NCBI GenBank assembly: GCA_050117845.1
Contig: JASFLY010000003.1
Location: forward strand, 32,001 to 96,000
DNA from: Candidatus Zixiibacteriota bacterium
GTDB taxonomy: Bacteria > RBG-13-66-14 > B26-G2 > WVWN01
Length of the DNA: 64,000 nucleotides
Reading direction: 5' to 3'
A model generated the notes under the pieces. It was not told where the DNA came from and did not search any database. It was given only the letters and a program-made list of their open reading frames with translations. This document shows positions 30,188 to 39,307 of the stretch, in pieces. The position numbers were made by a program, and so were the translations under genes. Position 1 is the first letter of the stretch; the number at the start of each line of letters is the position of its first letter.

Positions 30188-30760
30188 TTATAGGGCTTTA
30201 ACTCGGAAAAAAAACGCCGTTTCGCCCTCTCCCGTTTCGGCCGCTTTCACGTCGAAGCCGTCGAACGACCAATCCTCGTCCTCTTTCGCGGCCGGAACCA
30301 CGACGTGAGTCGCTCCGCGGGAAGCCGCCGCCGCCTCGAACCCGGCCATCAGCGCCTTGAGATCGTTATCGCCGACGCACGGGGCCGCCGCCGCGGCGAG
30401 GAGGTAAACCGGCCTTCCCTCTATTCCGGCCCCCTCAAGCACCGCCGGGGCCCAACCCCCGGTCGGCATATGCGCTCCCCCGAAAAGCCTCGGTCCCGGG
30501 GAGCGCCAGGGACGCCGTCGCTTCAGCCACTCCAACGGGGCGCCGGCGTCGGTCGTTCCGCAAATGACGCCCACGACTTCCGAACCCTCAAGCCCCGCCG
30601 TTCCCACGGTGAAGTCGCGATTGGCGTACGCGTCGTAAAACCGCTTAAGTACGCCTCGGCCGCCCTTCCCCCGGTAACACCAAACCCGCCCTTCGCCATG
30701 GAGCTCCGCGGCTCCCCGGAGATGCGACCGATTTAGCGCGACCAGCCTCATCTCCACCAT
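30188..30760 (-). CDS. Degenerate GNAT-like protein inside the nuo operon
   Basis: Abuts the nuoL stop; AAELH, EVVGVICG, LMAGFEAAAASRGA pattern. Confidence 0.5.
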   Translation of the reverse strand: MVEMRLVALNRSHLRGAAELHGEGRVWCYRGKGGRGVLKRFYDAYANRDFTVGTAGLEGSEVVGVICGTTDAGAPLEWLKRRRPWRSPGPRLFGGAHMPTGGWAPAVLEGAGIEGRPVYLLAAAAAPCVGDNDLKALMAGFEAAAASRGATHVVVPAAKEDEDWSFDGFDVKAAETGEGETAFFFRVKAL

Positions 30761-32692
30761 CTACAGCAGCACGAACGCGGCCACGAGAATGGCGACGACG
30801 CCGCACGCCAGGACTATTAAATATTCCTGAACGTAACCGGTCTGGACGCGCCGGAACACCTTGCCGAAGCCCTGCGTAATCCAACCGGCGAAGTTGACCA
30901 GGCCGTCGACGACGGCGAGGTCGAACCAGCCCTTGAAGCGGGCCCACAGGATAGTCAATTTGGCCGAGCCGTTCACGGCCCCGTCTATGACATAGGTGTC
31001 GAAGAGGCCCCACATCCGGGCGAAAACGATAGTCCCCTTGACGAAGAGGAAGTTATACACCTCGTCGAAGTAGTATTTGTGTTCGAGGACGGTCGCCACC
31101 GGCCGGAAGGTCTTGTAAATCTTCTCCACCGGGAACAGCTTGCGTTTGTACAAGGCCCAGGCGAGCGCGATGCCGCCGAGCGCCAGCACGAGCGACGCGC
31201 CCATCGCGGCGTAGTTTACGCCGTGGTGGCCGTGGCCGTGCATCTCGAAACCGGCCCACCCGGCGAAACCGGGCCCCACGCCGGGGATGCCTATCCACCC
31301 CGCGACTACCGCGAGGACGCACAGGAACACCATCGGCCCGACCATGCTCACGGGCGACTCGTGCGCGTGCGACGCCTTCTCCCGCGGCGAGCCGGTGAAG
31401 GTCATGAATATCGCCCGGAACATGTAGAACGCCGTCAGGAAGACGGTGAAGAACGCGGCGAATATCAGGTACCAGCCGCCGTGGCCGGCAACGGCCGAGA
31501 GTATTTCGTCCTTGGAGAAGAAGCCCGAAAGCGGCGGCACGCCCGCCAGCGCGAGCGACGCGACGACGAAGGTAATCGCCGTCCCCTTCATCTTGCCGCC
31601 CAGGCCCCCCATCTCGCGCATGTCGTTGGTGTGGCAGGCGTGGATGACGGAGCCGGCGCCGAGGAACAGCAGCGCCTTAAAGAAGGCGTGCGTGAAGAGG
31701 TGGAAGATGCCGGCGGCCGCGCTGCCGCAACCGAGCGCCAGCATCATGTAGCCGAGCTGGCTGATAGTGGAGTACGCCAGGACGCGTTTGATGTCCACCT
31801 GGACCACGGCGATGGTCGCCGCCATGAGGGCCGTCGTCGCGCCGACGTAGGCCACGACCTCCGAGGCCTGGCCGGCGGCCATGAATATGGGGAACGACCG
31901 CGCCACGAGGTAAACGCCGGCGGCCACCATCGTGGCGGCGTGGATGAGGGCGCTGACGGGCGTCGGGCCCTCCATCGCGTCGGGCAGCCAGACGTGTAGC
32001 GGGACCTGGGCCGATTTGCCGACGGCGCCCGCGAAGATGAGGAGCGCGATGGCCGTTATCATCGCCGGGGCCAAGGCGCCGTGTTCCACCAGGCCGAAGA
32101 CGCTCGCGAAGTGGAATGTCCCCGTAACCGCGAACATCAGCAGTATGCCGATAAGGAGGCCCACGTCGCCGAGACGCGTGGTGATGAAGGCCTTCATGCC
32201 GGCGTTGGCCGCCTCCGGCTTTTCGAACCAGAAGCCGATGAGGAGATAGGAGGTAAGGCCGACCAGTTCCCAGAAGATGAACGCCTGGAGGTAGTTGTTC
32301 GCGAGGACCAGGCCCAGCATCGCCATCGAGAAGAGGTTGAGGTAGGAGAAGTAGCGGCCGTAGAGCTTGTCGCCCTTCATGTATCCGGTCGAGTAAATGT
32401 GGACCATGAAGGACACGGTGGCGACGACGACCGCCATGATGCCGCCGAAGCGGTCCAACTGGTAACCGAAGGCCAACGTCACGTCGCCGAGCTGGAGCCA
32501 CGTGAACGAGAAGTCGCCGCCCTCGCCCAACAGAATACGGACGAGCAGCGTCACGGCCGCGGCGAACGATACTCCCAGCGCCGCAATGGGCGCGATGGCC
32601 GCTTTCGGTTCGCCGAGTCGCTTGCCCCAGAACACGGCGATGAGGAACCCGACGAGCGGGGCGAAGTTAACTATTAATGCCAGCCAGACCAT
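30761..32692 (-). CDS. nuoL: Complex I subunit L
   Basis: WELVGLTSYLLIGFW, GKSAQVPLHVWLPDAMEGPTPVSALIHAATM. Confidence 0.97.
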   Translation of the reverse strand: MVWLALIVNFAPLVGFLIAVFWGKRLGEPKAAIAPIAALGVSFAAAVTLLVRILLGEGGDFSFTWLQLGDVTLAFGYQLDRFGGIMAVVVATVSFMVHIYSTGYMKGDKLYGRYFSYLNLFSMAMLGLVLANNYLQAFIFWELVGLTSYLLIGFWFEKPEAANAGMKAFITTRLGDVGLLIGILLMFAVTGTFHFASVFGLVEHGALAPAMITAIALLIFAGAVGKSAQVPLHVWLPDAMEGPTPVSALIHAATMVAAGVYLVARSFPIFMAAGQASEVVAYVGATTALMAATIAVVQVDIKRVLAYSTISQLGYMMLALGCGSAAAGIFHLFTHAFFKALLFLGAGSVIHACHTNDMREMGGLGGKMKGTAITFVVASLALAGVPPLSGFFSKDEILSAVAGHGGWYLIFAAFFTVFLTAFYMFRAIFMTFTGSPREKASHAHESPVSMVGPMVFLCVLAVVAGWIGIPGVGPGFAGWAGFEMHGHGHHGVNYAAMGASLVLALGGIALAWALYKRKLFPVEKIYKTFRPVATVLEHKYYFDEVYNFLFVKGTIVFARMWGLFDTYVIDGAVNGSAKLTILWARFKGWFDLAVVDGLVNFAGWITQGFGKVFRRVQTGYVQEYLIVLACGVVAILVAAFVLL

Positions 32693-32695
32693 ATC

Positions 32696-33304
32696 TTATT
32701 CGTTCTCCAGGGGGGCCTCGGCCCCGCCTTCGGGGGTATTGTTATCCTGTCCCGGATGGATTCTTAAAGACCGTTCAAACGACCTTATCGGTTCCGAGGT
32801 ATCGCCCTCCGGCGCGATTGGGCGGAAAACCTCGACCCGATATAGCGTTCCGTTAACCGTCAAGAATAACGCGGTTACCCGGCGCGGCTCCTCCCCCTTC
32901 GTTATATAATCCACTCGAACGCCGTCCTGAGCGCCTATCCGGGCGAGGTCTTCTTCGGTTAAAAGCCCGGCCCGGGCCTCGAACGCTTTATCTATCCCTC
33001 GGCGCCGCTGGTACAGGCCGGCCGCTATAACCGGCGTCTCGTACGTCACGTTTCGGGCGGTGATTAAGAACTCCAGCCCCGCGTAAGGCCCGTCGGCCCA
33101 AAATAAACGGAGAACGCGGGTCGTACTACCCGGCGCCGGAGCCGGCGTTTCCTCTTCGTAACCGGCCGGCACGTCGAACGAAACGCCCAGATCGTCGCTT
33201 CGGTACGGTGGGGTTTGTTCCACGGCGTACGCCGGGGCGCAAGGCGCCGTAACCGCACACAAAGCCGCGGCCGCCGCGGCCGTCTTTATCCACCCACCCG
33301 TCAA
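32696..33304 (-). CDS. Exported protein, possibly PsbP/DcrB-like, inside the nuo operon
   Basis: Signal peptide (..PAYA); YRSDDLGVSFDVPAGY; 3-bp gaps to nuoK and nuoL. Confidence 0.6.
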   Translation of the reverse strand: MTGGWIKTAAAAAALCAVTAPCAPAYAVEQTPPYRSDDLGVSFDVPAGYEEETPAPAPGSTTRVLRLFWADGPYAGLEFLITARNVTYETPVIAAGLYQRRRGIDKAFEARAGLLTEEDLARIGAQDGVRVDYITKGEEPRRVTALFLTVNGTLYRVEVFRPIAPEGDTSEPIRSFERSLRIHPGQDNNTPEGGAEAPLENE

Positions 33305-33307
33305 ACC

Positions 33308-33619
33308 TTAACCGCGTAACTCGCGGAGGTCGTCAATGGCGACGGTCCCCCGCGACCGGTATATTGCCAATATCAACGCCAGCCCCACGACCGCCTCGGC
33401 CGCGGCGACGGTAATAACGAAAATCGAGAACACCTGGCCGTCCAGCATCGCCGGCCCGTAAATCCGGTCGAACGTAACCAGCGCCACGTTAACGGCGTTC
33501 AGCATCAGCTCGATGCCCATGAGTATGCCGATGGCGTTGCGCCGGGTCAGGGCGACCAGCAGGCCGATGCCGAAGAGGAGCAGCGAAACACCCAGGAAAT
33601 GAAGCGGCGTGATAGCCAT
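33308..33619 (-). CDS. nuoK: Complex I subunit K
   Basis: RRNAI..LMGIELMLNA, GQVF, VAAAEA. Confidence 0.96.
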   Translation of the reverse strand: MAITPLHFLGVSLLLFGIGLLVALTRRNAIGILMGIELMLNAVNVALVTFDRIYGPAMLDGQVFSIFVITVAAAEAVVGLALILAIYRSRGTVAIDDLRELRG

Positions 33620-34128
33620 TATTTCCGCTCCTCCTTACGGGCCAGGACGATAGCGCCGATGAGAGCGCCCAGAAGCAAGAGAGAGATTACCTCGAAAGGC
33701 AACAGGTACGTGGAGAGGAGGGCCGAGGCCAACGCCTCGATGGCCCCCTCGCCGTCCGGTACGGCCGCCAACGGCGGCAGGTCCACCTTCCACATAACCA
33801 GGGCCGACGCGGCCGCGAGCGCCAGGAGGACCGGTATCGCGGGCAAAATCGCCCGGGTGTACTGCTTGACCCGGCGGGAAGTTATCCGCTGGGTCAACAT
33901 TACGGCGAAAAGTATCAGCACGGCGATGGCGCCCACGTAAATCAGAACCTGGACGCCCGCCAGGAACTCCGCCCCCAAAAGGACGAAGAGCGAGGCCACC
34001 GCGCACAGCGCCAGTATCAAACTCAGGCCGGCGTGGAAAAGGTTGCGCAGGAACAGCACGCCCAGCGCGCTCAGGAGCGCGACGCCCGCGACGCCGTAAA
34101 AAGCTATTATATAAATCCAATCGGTCAT
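33619..34128 (-). CDS. nuoJ: Complex I subunit J
   Basis: AEFLAGVQVLIYVGAI, YLLPFEV. Confidence 0.95.
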   Translation of the reverse strand: MTDWIYIIAFYGVAGVALLSALGVLFLRNLFHAGLSLILALCAVASLFVLLGAEFLAGVQVLIYVGAIAVLILFAVMLTQRITSRRVKQYTRAILPAIPVLLALAAASALVMWKVDLPPLAAVPDGEGAIEALASALLSTYLLPFEVISLLLLGALIGAIVLARKEERK

Positions 34129-34149
34129 TTTCTCTATACCCGGGCGGTT

Positions 34150-34680
34150 TTAAACGTCGTCGGGTTCCATCCATTCCACTACGTAACGGTTAACTTCGGC
34201 GTTTTCGGCTCGATTGTCCAGGACCGTAACTCGCACGTTTAAGGCCCCGAGACCCGTGAAGCCCGCCGTTAAAACGCCCCGAATGAATTCGACGCTTCTA
34301 ATAATCGAGGAATCTTTAATAACCAAACGGCCCGGCCTGTATTCTTCGACGACGTATTCCCCGGTCCCCGGTCCCCGCACGAAATGGGGATATACGCTCG
34401 CTACCTTCTCGGCGAAAGCCCCCGTCGACGTTATACCCAATTCCCTAAGTTCGGACGTTACTACGTTGGTCAACTCGTTGCCCATAATAACCAACGCCTG
34501 CGGCGATATATGTTCGAGTAAGTATTCTAACGTCGCGACGTACGGCTCCCCTTCATACCACCCGTTCGGGTCGAACTCCCTTTCGAAATATCCCCCCAGG
34601 TCGGGCCTTACGATATCCGCGATATGGGGAAATACGTTTTTTATACCCTGGTATAAAGCGCCCCGGACTTCGATTGCCAT
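34150..34680 (-). CDS. Paralog 1 of tandem array, putative V4R/H-NOX-like fold
   Basis: MAIEVRG..KNVFP..DPNGWY..ISPQ..FVRGPGTG..EEYRPG..RGV..NVRV..RYVVEW. Confidence 0.75.
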   Translation of the reverse strand: MAIEVRGALYQGIKNVFPHIADIVRPDLGGYFEREFDPNGWYEGEPYVATLEYLLEHISPQALVIMGNELTNVVTSELRELGITSTGAFAEKVASVYPHFVRGPGTGEYVVEEYRPGRLVIKDSSIIRSVEFIRGVLTAGFTGLGALNVRVTVLDNRAENAEVNRYVVEWMEPDDV

Positions 34681-34823
34681 CCTCCTCGCTGCGTGTTTAC
34701 CGTAACCGTCCCCCCGCCGGAACCGGCCCACGCCGACGTACGCCCGGGCTATTAAAATATCACTTGTTACACAATACTACCTCCCGCCTCTATCCGCGCG
34801 TTACCGTAAAAATCTCGACGCTA

Positions 34824-35354
34824 TTAATCGTCGTCGGTTTCCAGCCACTCCACGAGGTACCTATTCGCTTCCGCACCCGAAGCCCGGTTGTCCAGCAGGA
34901 TAACCCGCACGTTCAAAGCCCCGAAAACGGAAAAAGTCGCCGCCAGAACTCCCCTCGTAAATTCGGCGTTCGAAATAATCGAAGACTCCCTCACCACCAT
35001 ACGGCCCGGACGATATTCCTCAACGAGCCATTCACCTGTTTCGGGGCCCCTTACGAATCGGGGATAGACCTGACCTACTTTTTCCGCAAACGTTCTGATC
35101 GACGTTATCCCGAGGTGCTTGAGTTCCTCGGCTATTATGCTAGTTAATTCCTTCCCCAAAATAACTATCGCTTGAGGCGATATGCGTTAGTATAAATACT
35201 CCAACGCCGCTATGTAATACTCCCCTTCATACCACGCGGCCGGGTTGATTTCACCCTCGAAATGTTTTCCCAACTCGGGCGGTAAAATTTCCGCGATATC
35301 GGGAAAAACATTCTTCACACTCTGTAGCAAAACCCCCAAGACCTCGATAGCGGG
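34824..35354 (-). pseudogene. Paralog 2 with in-frame TAA and no ATG
   Basis: IEVLG..KNVFP..PAAWYEG..EYLY*RISPQ; TAA at 35187-35189 where paralogs 1 and 3 have Glu; CCC at the position of paralog 1's ATG. Confidence 0.75.
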
Positions 35355-35499
35355 CCACCTCGCTGTTCGTTTACTTCTTCATCCGCTCCAGCAAGTATCG
35401 GCATGTCGCACCGGCTCAAGCCCAGCCGTAACACCCCCTATACGCTTCCCTATCACCCCCCGTGTTTCCCGCCGCCGATTCCGCCCCCACCGAACGCTT

Positions 35500-36030
35500 T
35501 TACTTCCCGTCGGCCTCGATCCATTCCACCAGCAACCGGTTATACTCCGCGCCCTTCGCCCTTTCGTTAAGAACCGTGATCCGGATATTTACGGCGCCGA
35601 ACACGTTAAACAAAGCTTTTAATACACCCAGTACGAAACTAATATTCCAGACTATTCCGGTTTCCCTTACTACCATTCTTCCGGGACGGTACTCCTCCGG
35701 AAACCACCCGCCGGCCCCCGGGCCCCGTACGAATTGGGGATAAAGTTCGGCCACTTTCTCCGCGAAGTCCCGCGTCGTTTTAATCCCCGTCGCCCACATC
35801 ATCGCCTTCCCCACTTCGGTCAACTCGTTCCCCAACAACACCATTGCCTGCGGCGAAATGTGTTCCAGCAAGTATTCCACCGCCGCTACGTACGGTTCAC
35901 CCTCATACCACGCGGCCGGGTCGATTTCTCTTTCGAAGTATTCCCCGAGTTCCGGCGGCACTATTTCCGCGATATGAGGGAATACGTTCTTTATTGCCTG
36001 GTAGAATACGCCCCGTACTTCGATTTCTGC
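35500..36030 (-). CDS. Paralog 3; open frame, no canonical start before the conserved N-terminus
   Basis: IEVRGVFYQAIKNVFPH lies upstream of the ORF-track GTG (35961); in frame with paralog 4 across its TAG. Confidence 0.65.
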   Translation of the reverse strand, partial: AEIEVRGVFYQAIKNVFPHIAEIVPPELGEYFEREIDPAAWYEGEPYVAAVEYLLEHISPQAMVLLGNELTEVGKAMMWATGIKTTRDFAEKVAELYPQFVRGPGAGGWFPEEYRPGRMVVRETGIVWNISFVLGVLKALFNVFGAVNIRITVLNERAKGAEYNRLLVEWIEADGK

Positions 36031-36045
36031 CCCCTTTCGCGTGCG

Positions 36046-36570
36046 CTACGCCATTATCCACTCCATCAGGTAACGGTCGGCCCCGCCTTCCCCGCTCCGC
36101 GTATCGATCATTTCGACGCGGATGTTATAAGCTCCCGTAGATTCCAAAGCCCGCCGCACTATTCCGACGCAAATATCGGGCTGTGCGAAGTCGCCGTCGT
36201 AACGCAATATCGACCGGCCTTCGCGGTATTCCTCCAACGTCCAGCCGCCGCCCTCTCCCCTAACGAATTCGCGGTATACGTCGTTAACCTTTTCCATGAA
36301 GTTACGCGGCGTATTAATCCCCAACTCCCGCAACTGCGACTCGAAAAGGTCGATAAGTCTCGTGCCCACCAGGGCGTTAACGGTCGGGGACATGTGCTTA
36401 ATTAAATACTCCCGCGCTCGCAGGTACAAGTCCGCCGAATACCAACCGTCGGCCTTTACTTCCCGGAACAACTTGGCGAGCTCCGGGTCGACGACGTCCC
36501 CTAGATGCGGGAATACCCCTTTCACCATAAGGTATAAGACTCCGCGGACTTCGATTTTGGGCGTCATCAT
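36046..36570 (-). CDS. Paralog 4 (most divergent) of the tandem array
   Basis: IEVRG..VFPH..DGWY..MSP..LGI..FVRG..EEYREG..NIRV..RYLMEW. Confidence 0.75.
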   Translation of the reverse strand: MMTPKIEVRGVLYLMVKGVFPHLGDVVDPELAKLFREVKADGWYSADLYLRAREYLIKHMSPTVNALVGTRLIDLFESQLRELGINTPRNFMEKVNDVYREFVRGEGGGWTLEEYREGRSILRYDGDFAQPDICVGIVRRALESTGAYNIRVEMIDTRSGEGGADRYLMEWIMA

Positions 36571-36664
36571 CGCGATAGCTCCCCAGGTCGATAGTACCGA
36601 CGCACGATACCAGGCCGCCTCGCCTCTCCGCTCCTATTCCCGCTCCGGCGTCCCCCCTTACCCC

Positions 36665-37126
36665 CTATTTCTTAAACTCCGGCTCGAGCTGCCGGGATAA
36701 CAGCTTCGGTATATCGTACACCAATTCGCGTTTATCGTAAACCGATATCTCGTATTCCGGAATCATCGCCAGCGCCTCGAAGTTGCACACCTCGACGCAG
36801 AGGCCGCAATAGATGCACAGGCCGAGGTCGACGACGTAATCGTCGACGATGAAGCCCTTGACGCCTTCTTCCTTGTGGCGGCGGAGCGTGATGCACGCGG
36901 CGGGACAAACCCGCAGACACTGGCCGCACGCCGTACACTTGTGGCCGCCGTCGTCGCCGGGCACCATCGCGAGGCGTCCCCGGAACCGCGGCCACTGCTC
37001 GAAGCGCTTCTTCGGATACTGAATAGTAACCGAACGCCGGAGCATGTGTTTGGTCGTCGTGACCATGCCGATAAAGAGCCACCACGTACCTTTGATTACC
37101 CGACCTATGGCGCGAAAAATAATCAT
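36665..37126 (-). CDS. nuoI: Complex I subunit I, 2x[4Fe-4S]
   Basis: TIQYP, RFRG, CTACGQCLRVCP, CIYCGLCVEVC. Confidence 0.95.
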   Translation of the reverse strand: MIIFRAIGRVIKGTWWLFIGMVTTTKHMLRRSVTIQYPKKRFEQWPRFRGRLAMVPGDDGGHKCTACGQCLRVCPAACITLRRHKEEGVKGFIVDDYVVDLGLCIYCGLCVEVCNFEALAMIPEYEISVYDKRELVYDIPKLLSRQLEPEFKK

Positions 37127-37130
37127 ACGT

Positions 37131-38159
37131 CTACATGAGGACTATTATTAAGCCCGTTATTATCAAATTCAGGAACGCGAGCGGAAGCAGGAACTTCCAC
37201 GCGAACGACATCAACTGGTCCACTCGAATCCGGGGATACGTCCACCGGAAGAACATAAGCAGAAGGACGATGGCGAACGACTTGAGCATGAACCAAACTT
37301 CGCCCGGCAATACCGGCCCGTGCCACCCGCCCAGGAACAGCGTCGTCGCGATGGCCGCGATGAGGAACATATTGGCGAACTCGGCGAGGAAGAACATCGC
37401 GAACTTCATGCCCGAGTATTCCAGGTTGAAGCCGGCGATAATCTCCTGCTCCGCTTCCGGGATGTCGAACGGCGTCCGGTTCACCTCCGCCGTGGCCGCG
37501 ATGACGTAAATAACGAACGCCAGCGGCTGATAGACGATAAACCATATCGACTTCTGCGCGTCGACGATGGCGCCCATCTTCATCGTCCCGGCGAGCATTA
37601 TGACGCCCAGCACCGAAAGCACCAGCGGCACCTCGTACGATACGAGCTGGGCCGCGGAGCGGAAGCCGCCGATTATCGAATACTTCGAGCCGGACGCCCA
37701 TCCCCCGCAGATGATGGCGATGACGTTGATGGTCGTAATCGCAAAGAGGAAAAGGACGCCGATATTGAGGTCGCGAATAATGGCGCCGTCGCCGAAGGGA
37801 ATGACGACGAAAGCGACGACGGTGGGCGCGAAGGCCAGGAACGGGGCGATGTTGAATACCGGCCTGTCGCAATCGCGGGGCGTGGTGTCCTCTTTCTGGA
37901 CCAGCTTCAGCGCGTCCGCGACGGTCTGGATGGAGCCGTGCCAGCCCGTGCGCATGGGCCCCAGCCGCTGTTGGATGTGGGCCGAGACCTTTCGGGTGAG
38001 CCAGATGAGGAAGAGGACGAGGAGCGCGATGAAGGCCGCAATCAGAATGGCGTGCACGACCATCTGGGCCGCCGGCACGAACCAGCCCGGCAGGCCGTAA
38101 CGGGTTACGACGCCGATCCACCATTCGTTGAGCCAGGATAGTATGGGGTGAATTATCAT
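37131..38159 (-). CDS. nuoH: Complex I subunit H
   Basis: QQRLGP, ADALKL.KED, SYEVP, AEVNRTPFDIPEAEQE. Confidence 0.97.
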   Translation of the reverse strand: MIIHPILSWLNEWWIGVVTRYGLPGWFVPAAQMVVHAILIAAFIALLVLFLIWLTRKVSAHIQQRLGPMRTGWHGSIQTVADALKLVQKEDTTPRDCDRPVFNIAPFLAFAPTVVAFVVIPFGDGAIIRDLNIGVLFLFAITTINVIAIICGGWASGSKYSIIGGFRSAAQLVSYEVPLVLSVLGVIMLAGTMKMGAIVDAQKSIWFIVYQPLAFVIYVIAATAEVNRTPFDIPEAEQEIIAGFNLEYSGMKFAMFFLAEFANMFLIAAIATTLFLGGWHGPVLPGEVWFMLKSFAIVLLLMFFRWTYPRIRVDQLMSFAWKFLLPLAFLNLIITGLIIVLM

Positions 38160-38176
38160 AACGTACGCGCCTGCGC

Positions 38177-39292
38177 CTAGCGGTCCACGTCCGGCAGAAT
38201 AACGTCCAGCGAGCCGAAGATGGGCACGATGTCGGCCAGGTAAACGCCCCGCAACAGTTCCGCGATCATCGAGAGGTTGTTGAACGACGGCGTCCGGAGC
38301 TTGTAACGGTACGGCTTATTTTCGCCTTCGGAAACGAGGTACAGGCCGTAGTCGCCGCGGGGCGACTCGACGCGGACGTAAACCTCGCCCGCCGGGACCT
38401 TGGGGAACTTCGATATCTTCTCGGCCTGAACCGGCCCTTCCGGCAGGCCCTCCATACATCGTCTTATAAGGTCGTGCGAGGCGCGCATCTCGAGAATGCG
38501 GGCCTGGTAGCGGTCGTAGCAGTCGCCGTTCTTCAAAACTACCGGCTTGTAGCCGACCTCGCCGTACGCCTCGTACGGGAGATTGGACCGCACGTCGAAG
38601 TCCACGCCGGAGGCCCGGAGGTTCGGGCCGGTCCAGCCGTAGTTGACGGCCCGGGCGCCTTCCACCGTGCCGATGTTCTTGGTCCGGGCCAGGAATATCT
38701 CGTTCTCGTTGAGGATGCGGTCGTAGTCGTCCAGCCGGCCGGGGAACACCTTGATGAACTCCTCCACCATGGTGAAGAAGGAATCCGGCAGGTCCTCCGC
38801 GACGCCGCCGAACCGGGCGTAGTTGAAGGTCATCCGCTGACCGGTCGTCATCTCCAACAGGTCCATCGCCAGCTCGCGCTCGCGGAAGCCGTAGAGGAAG
38901 GGCGTCACGGCGCCCAGGTCGAGCGCGAAGACGCCGAAGTAAATGGCGTGGGAGGCTATTCGGCACAGCTCCATCGTTATGGTCCGGATGTACTGCGCCC
39001 GCCGCGGCACCTCTATCTCCATCAGCCGCTCGACCGCCTGGCAATGGGCGACGCCGCAGAAGATGGAACTTAAGTAGTCAATGCGGTCCGCCATCGGCAG
39101 GAACTGGATGTAGAGGCGGTTCTCCGCCATCTTCTCCATTGAACGATGGAGGAAACCGATGTGCGGCTCGCAGTCGACGACGCGCTCGCCGTCCATCGTG
39201 AGGACCATGCGGAAGACGCCGTGCGTCGACGGGTGCTGCGGGCCGACGTTGACCTCGAACTCTTCCGTGGTGTATATCGTATCGGTGGCCAT
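38177..39292 (-). CDS. nuoD: Complex I subunit D
   Basis: GPQHPSTHG, DRIDY, ESPRG, C-terminal DVDR; no NiFe CxxC motifs. Confidence 0.96.
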   Translation of the reverse strand: MATDTIYTTEEFEVNVGPQHPSTHGVFRMVLTMDGERVVDCEPHIGFLHRSMEKMAENRLYIQFLPMADRIDYLSSIFCGVAHCQAVERLMEIEVPRRAQYIRTITMELCRIASHAIYFGVFALDLGAVTPFLYGFRERELAMDLLEMTTGQRMTFNYARFGGVAEDLPDSFFTMVEEFIKVFPGRLDDYDRILNENEIFLARTKNIGTVEGARAVNYGWTGPNLRASGVDFDVRSNLPYEAYGEVGYKPVVLKNGDCYDRYQARILEMRASHDLIRRCMEGLPEGPVQAEKISKFPKVPAGEVYVRVESPRGDYGLYLVSEGENKPYRYKLRTPSFNNLSMIAELLRGVYLADIVPIFGSLDVILPDVDR

Positions 39293-39307
39293 AGAAACGG
39301 GGAGCCT

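Noticed and set aside
34150..36570. CRISPR, DGR or integron explanation for the paralog array
   Set aside because: Units are diverged protein-coding paralogs; no short direct repeats, reverse transcriptase, integrase or attC-like sites seen
38177..39292. Group 4 NiFe hydrogenase or MBS large subunit
   Set aside because: No N- or C-terminal Cys motifs; has the NuoD RxDY and DVDR motifs
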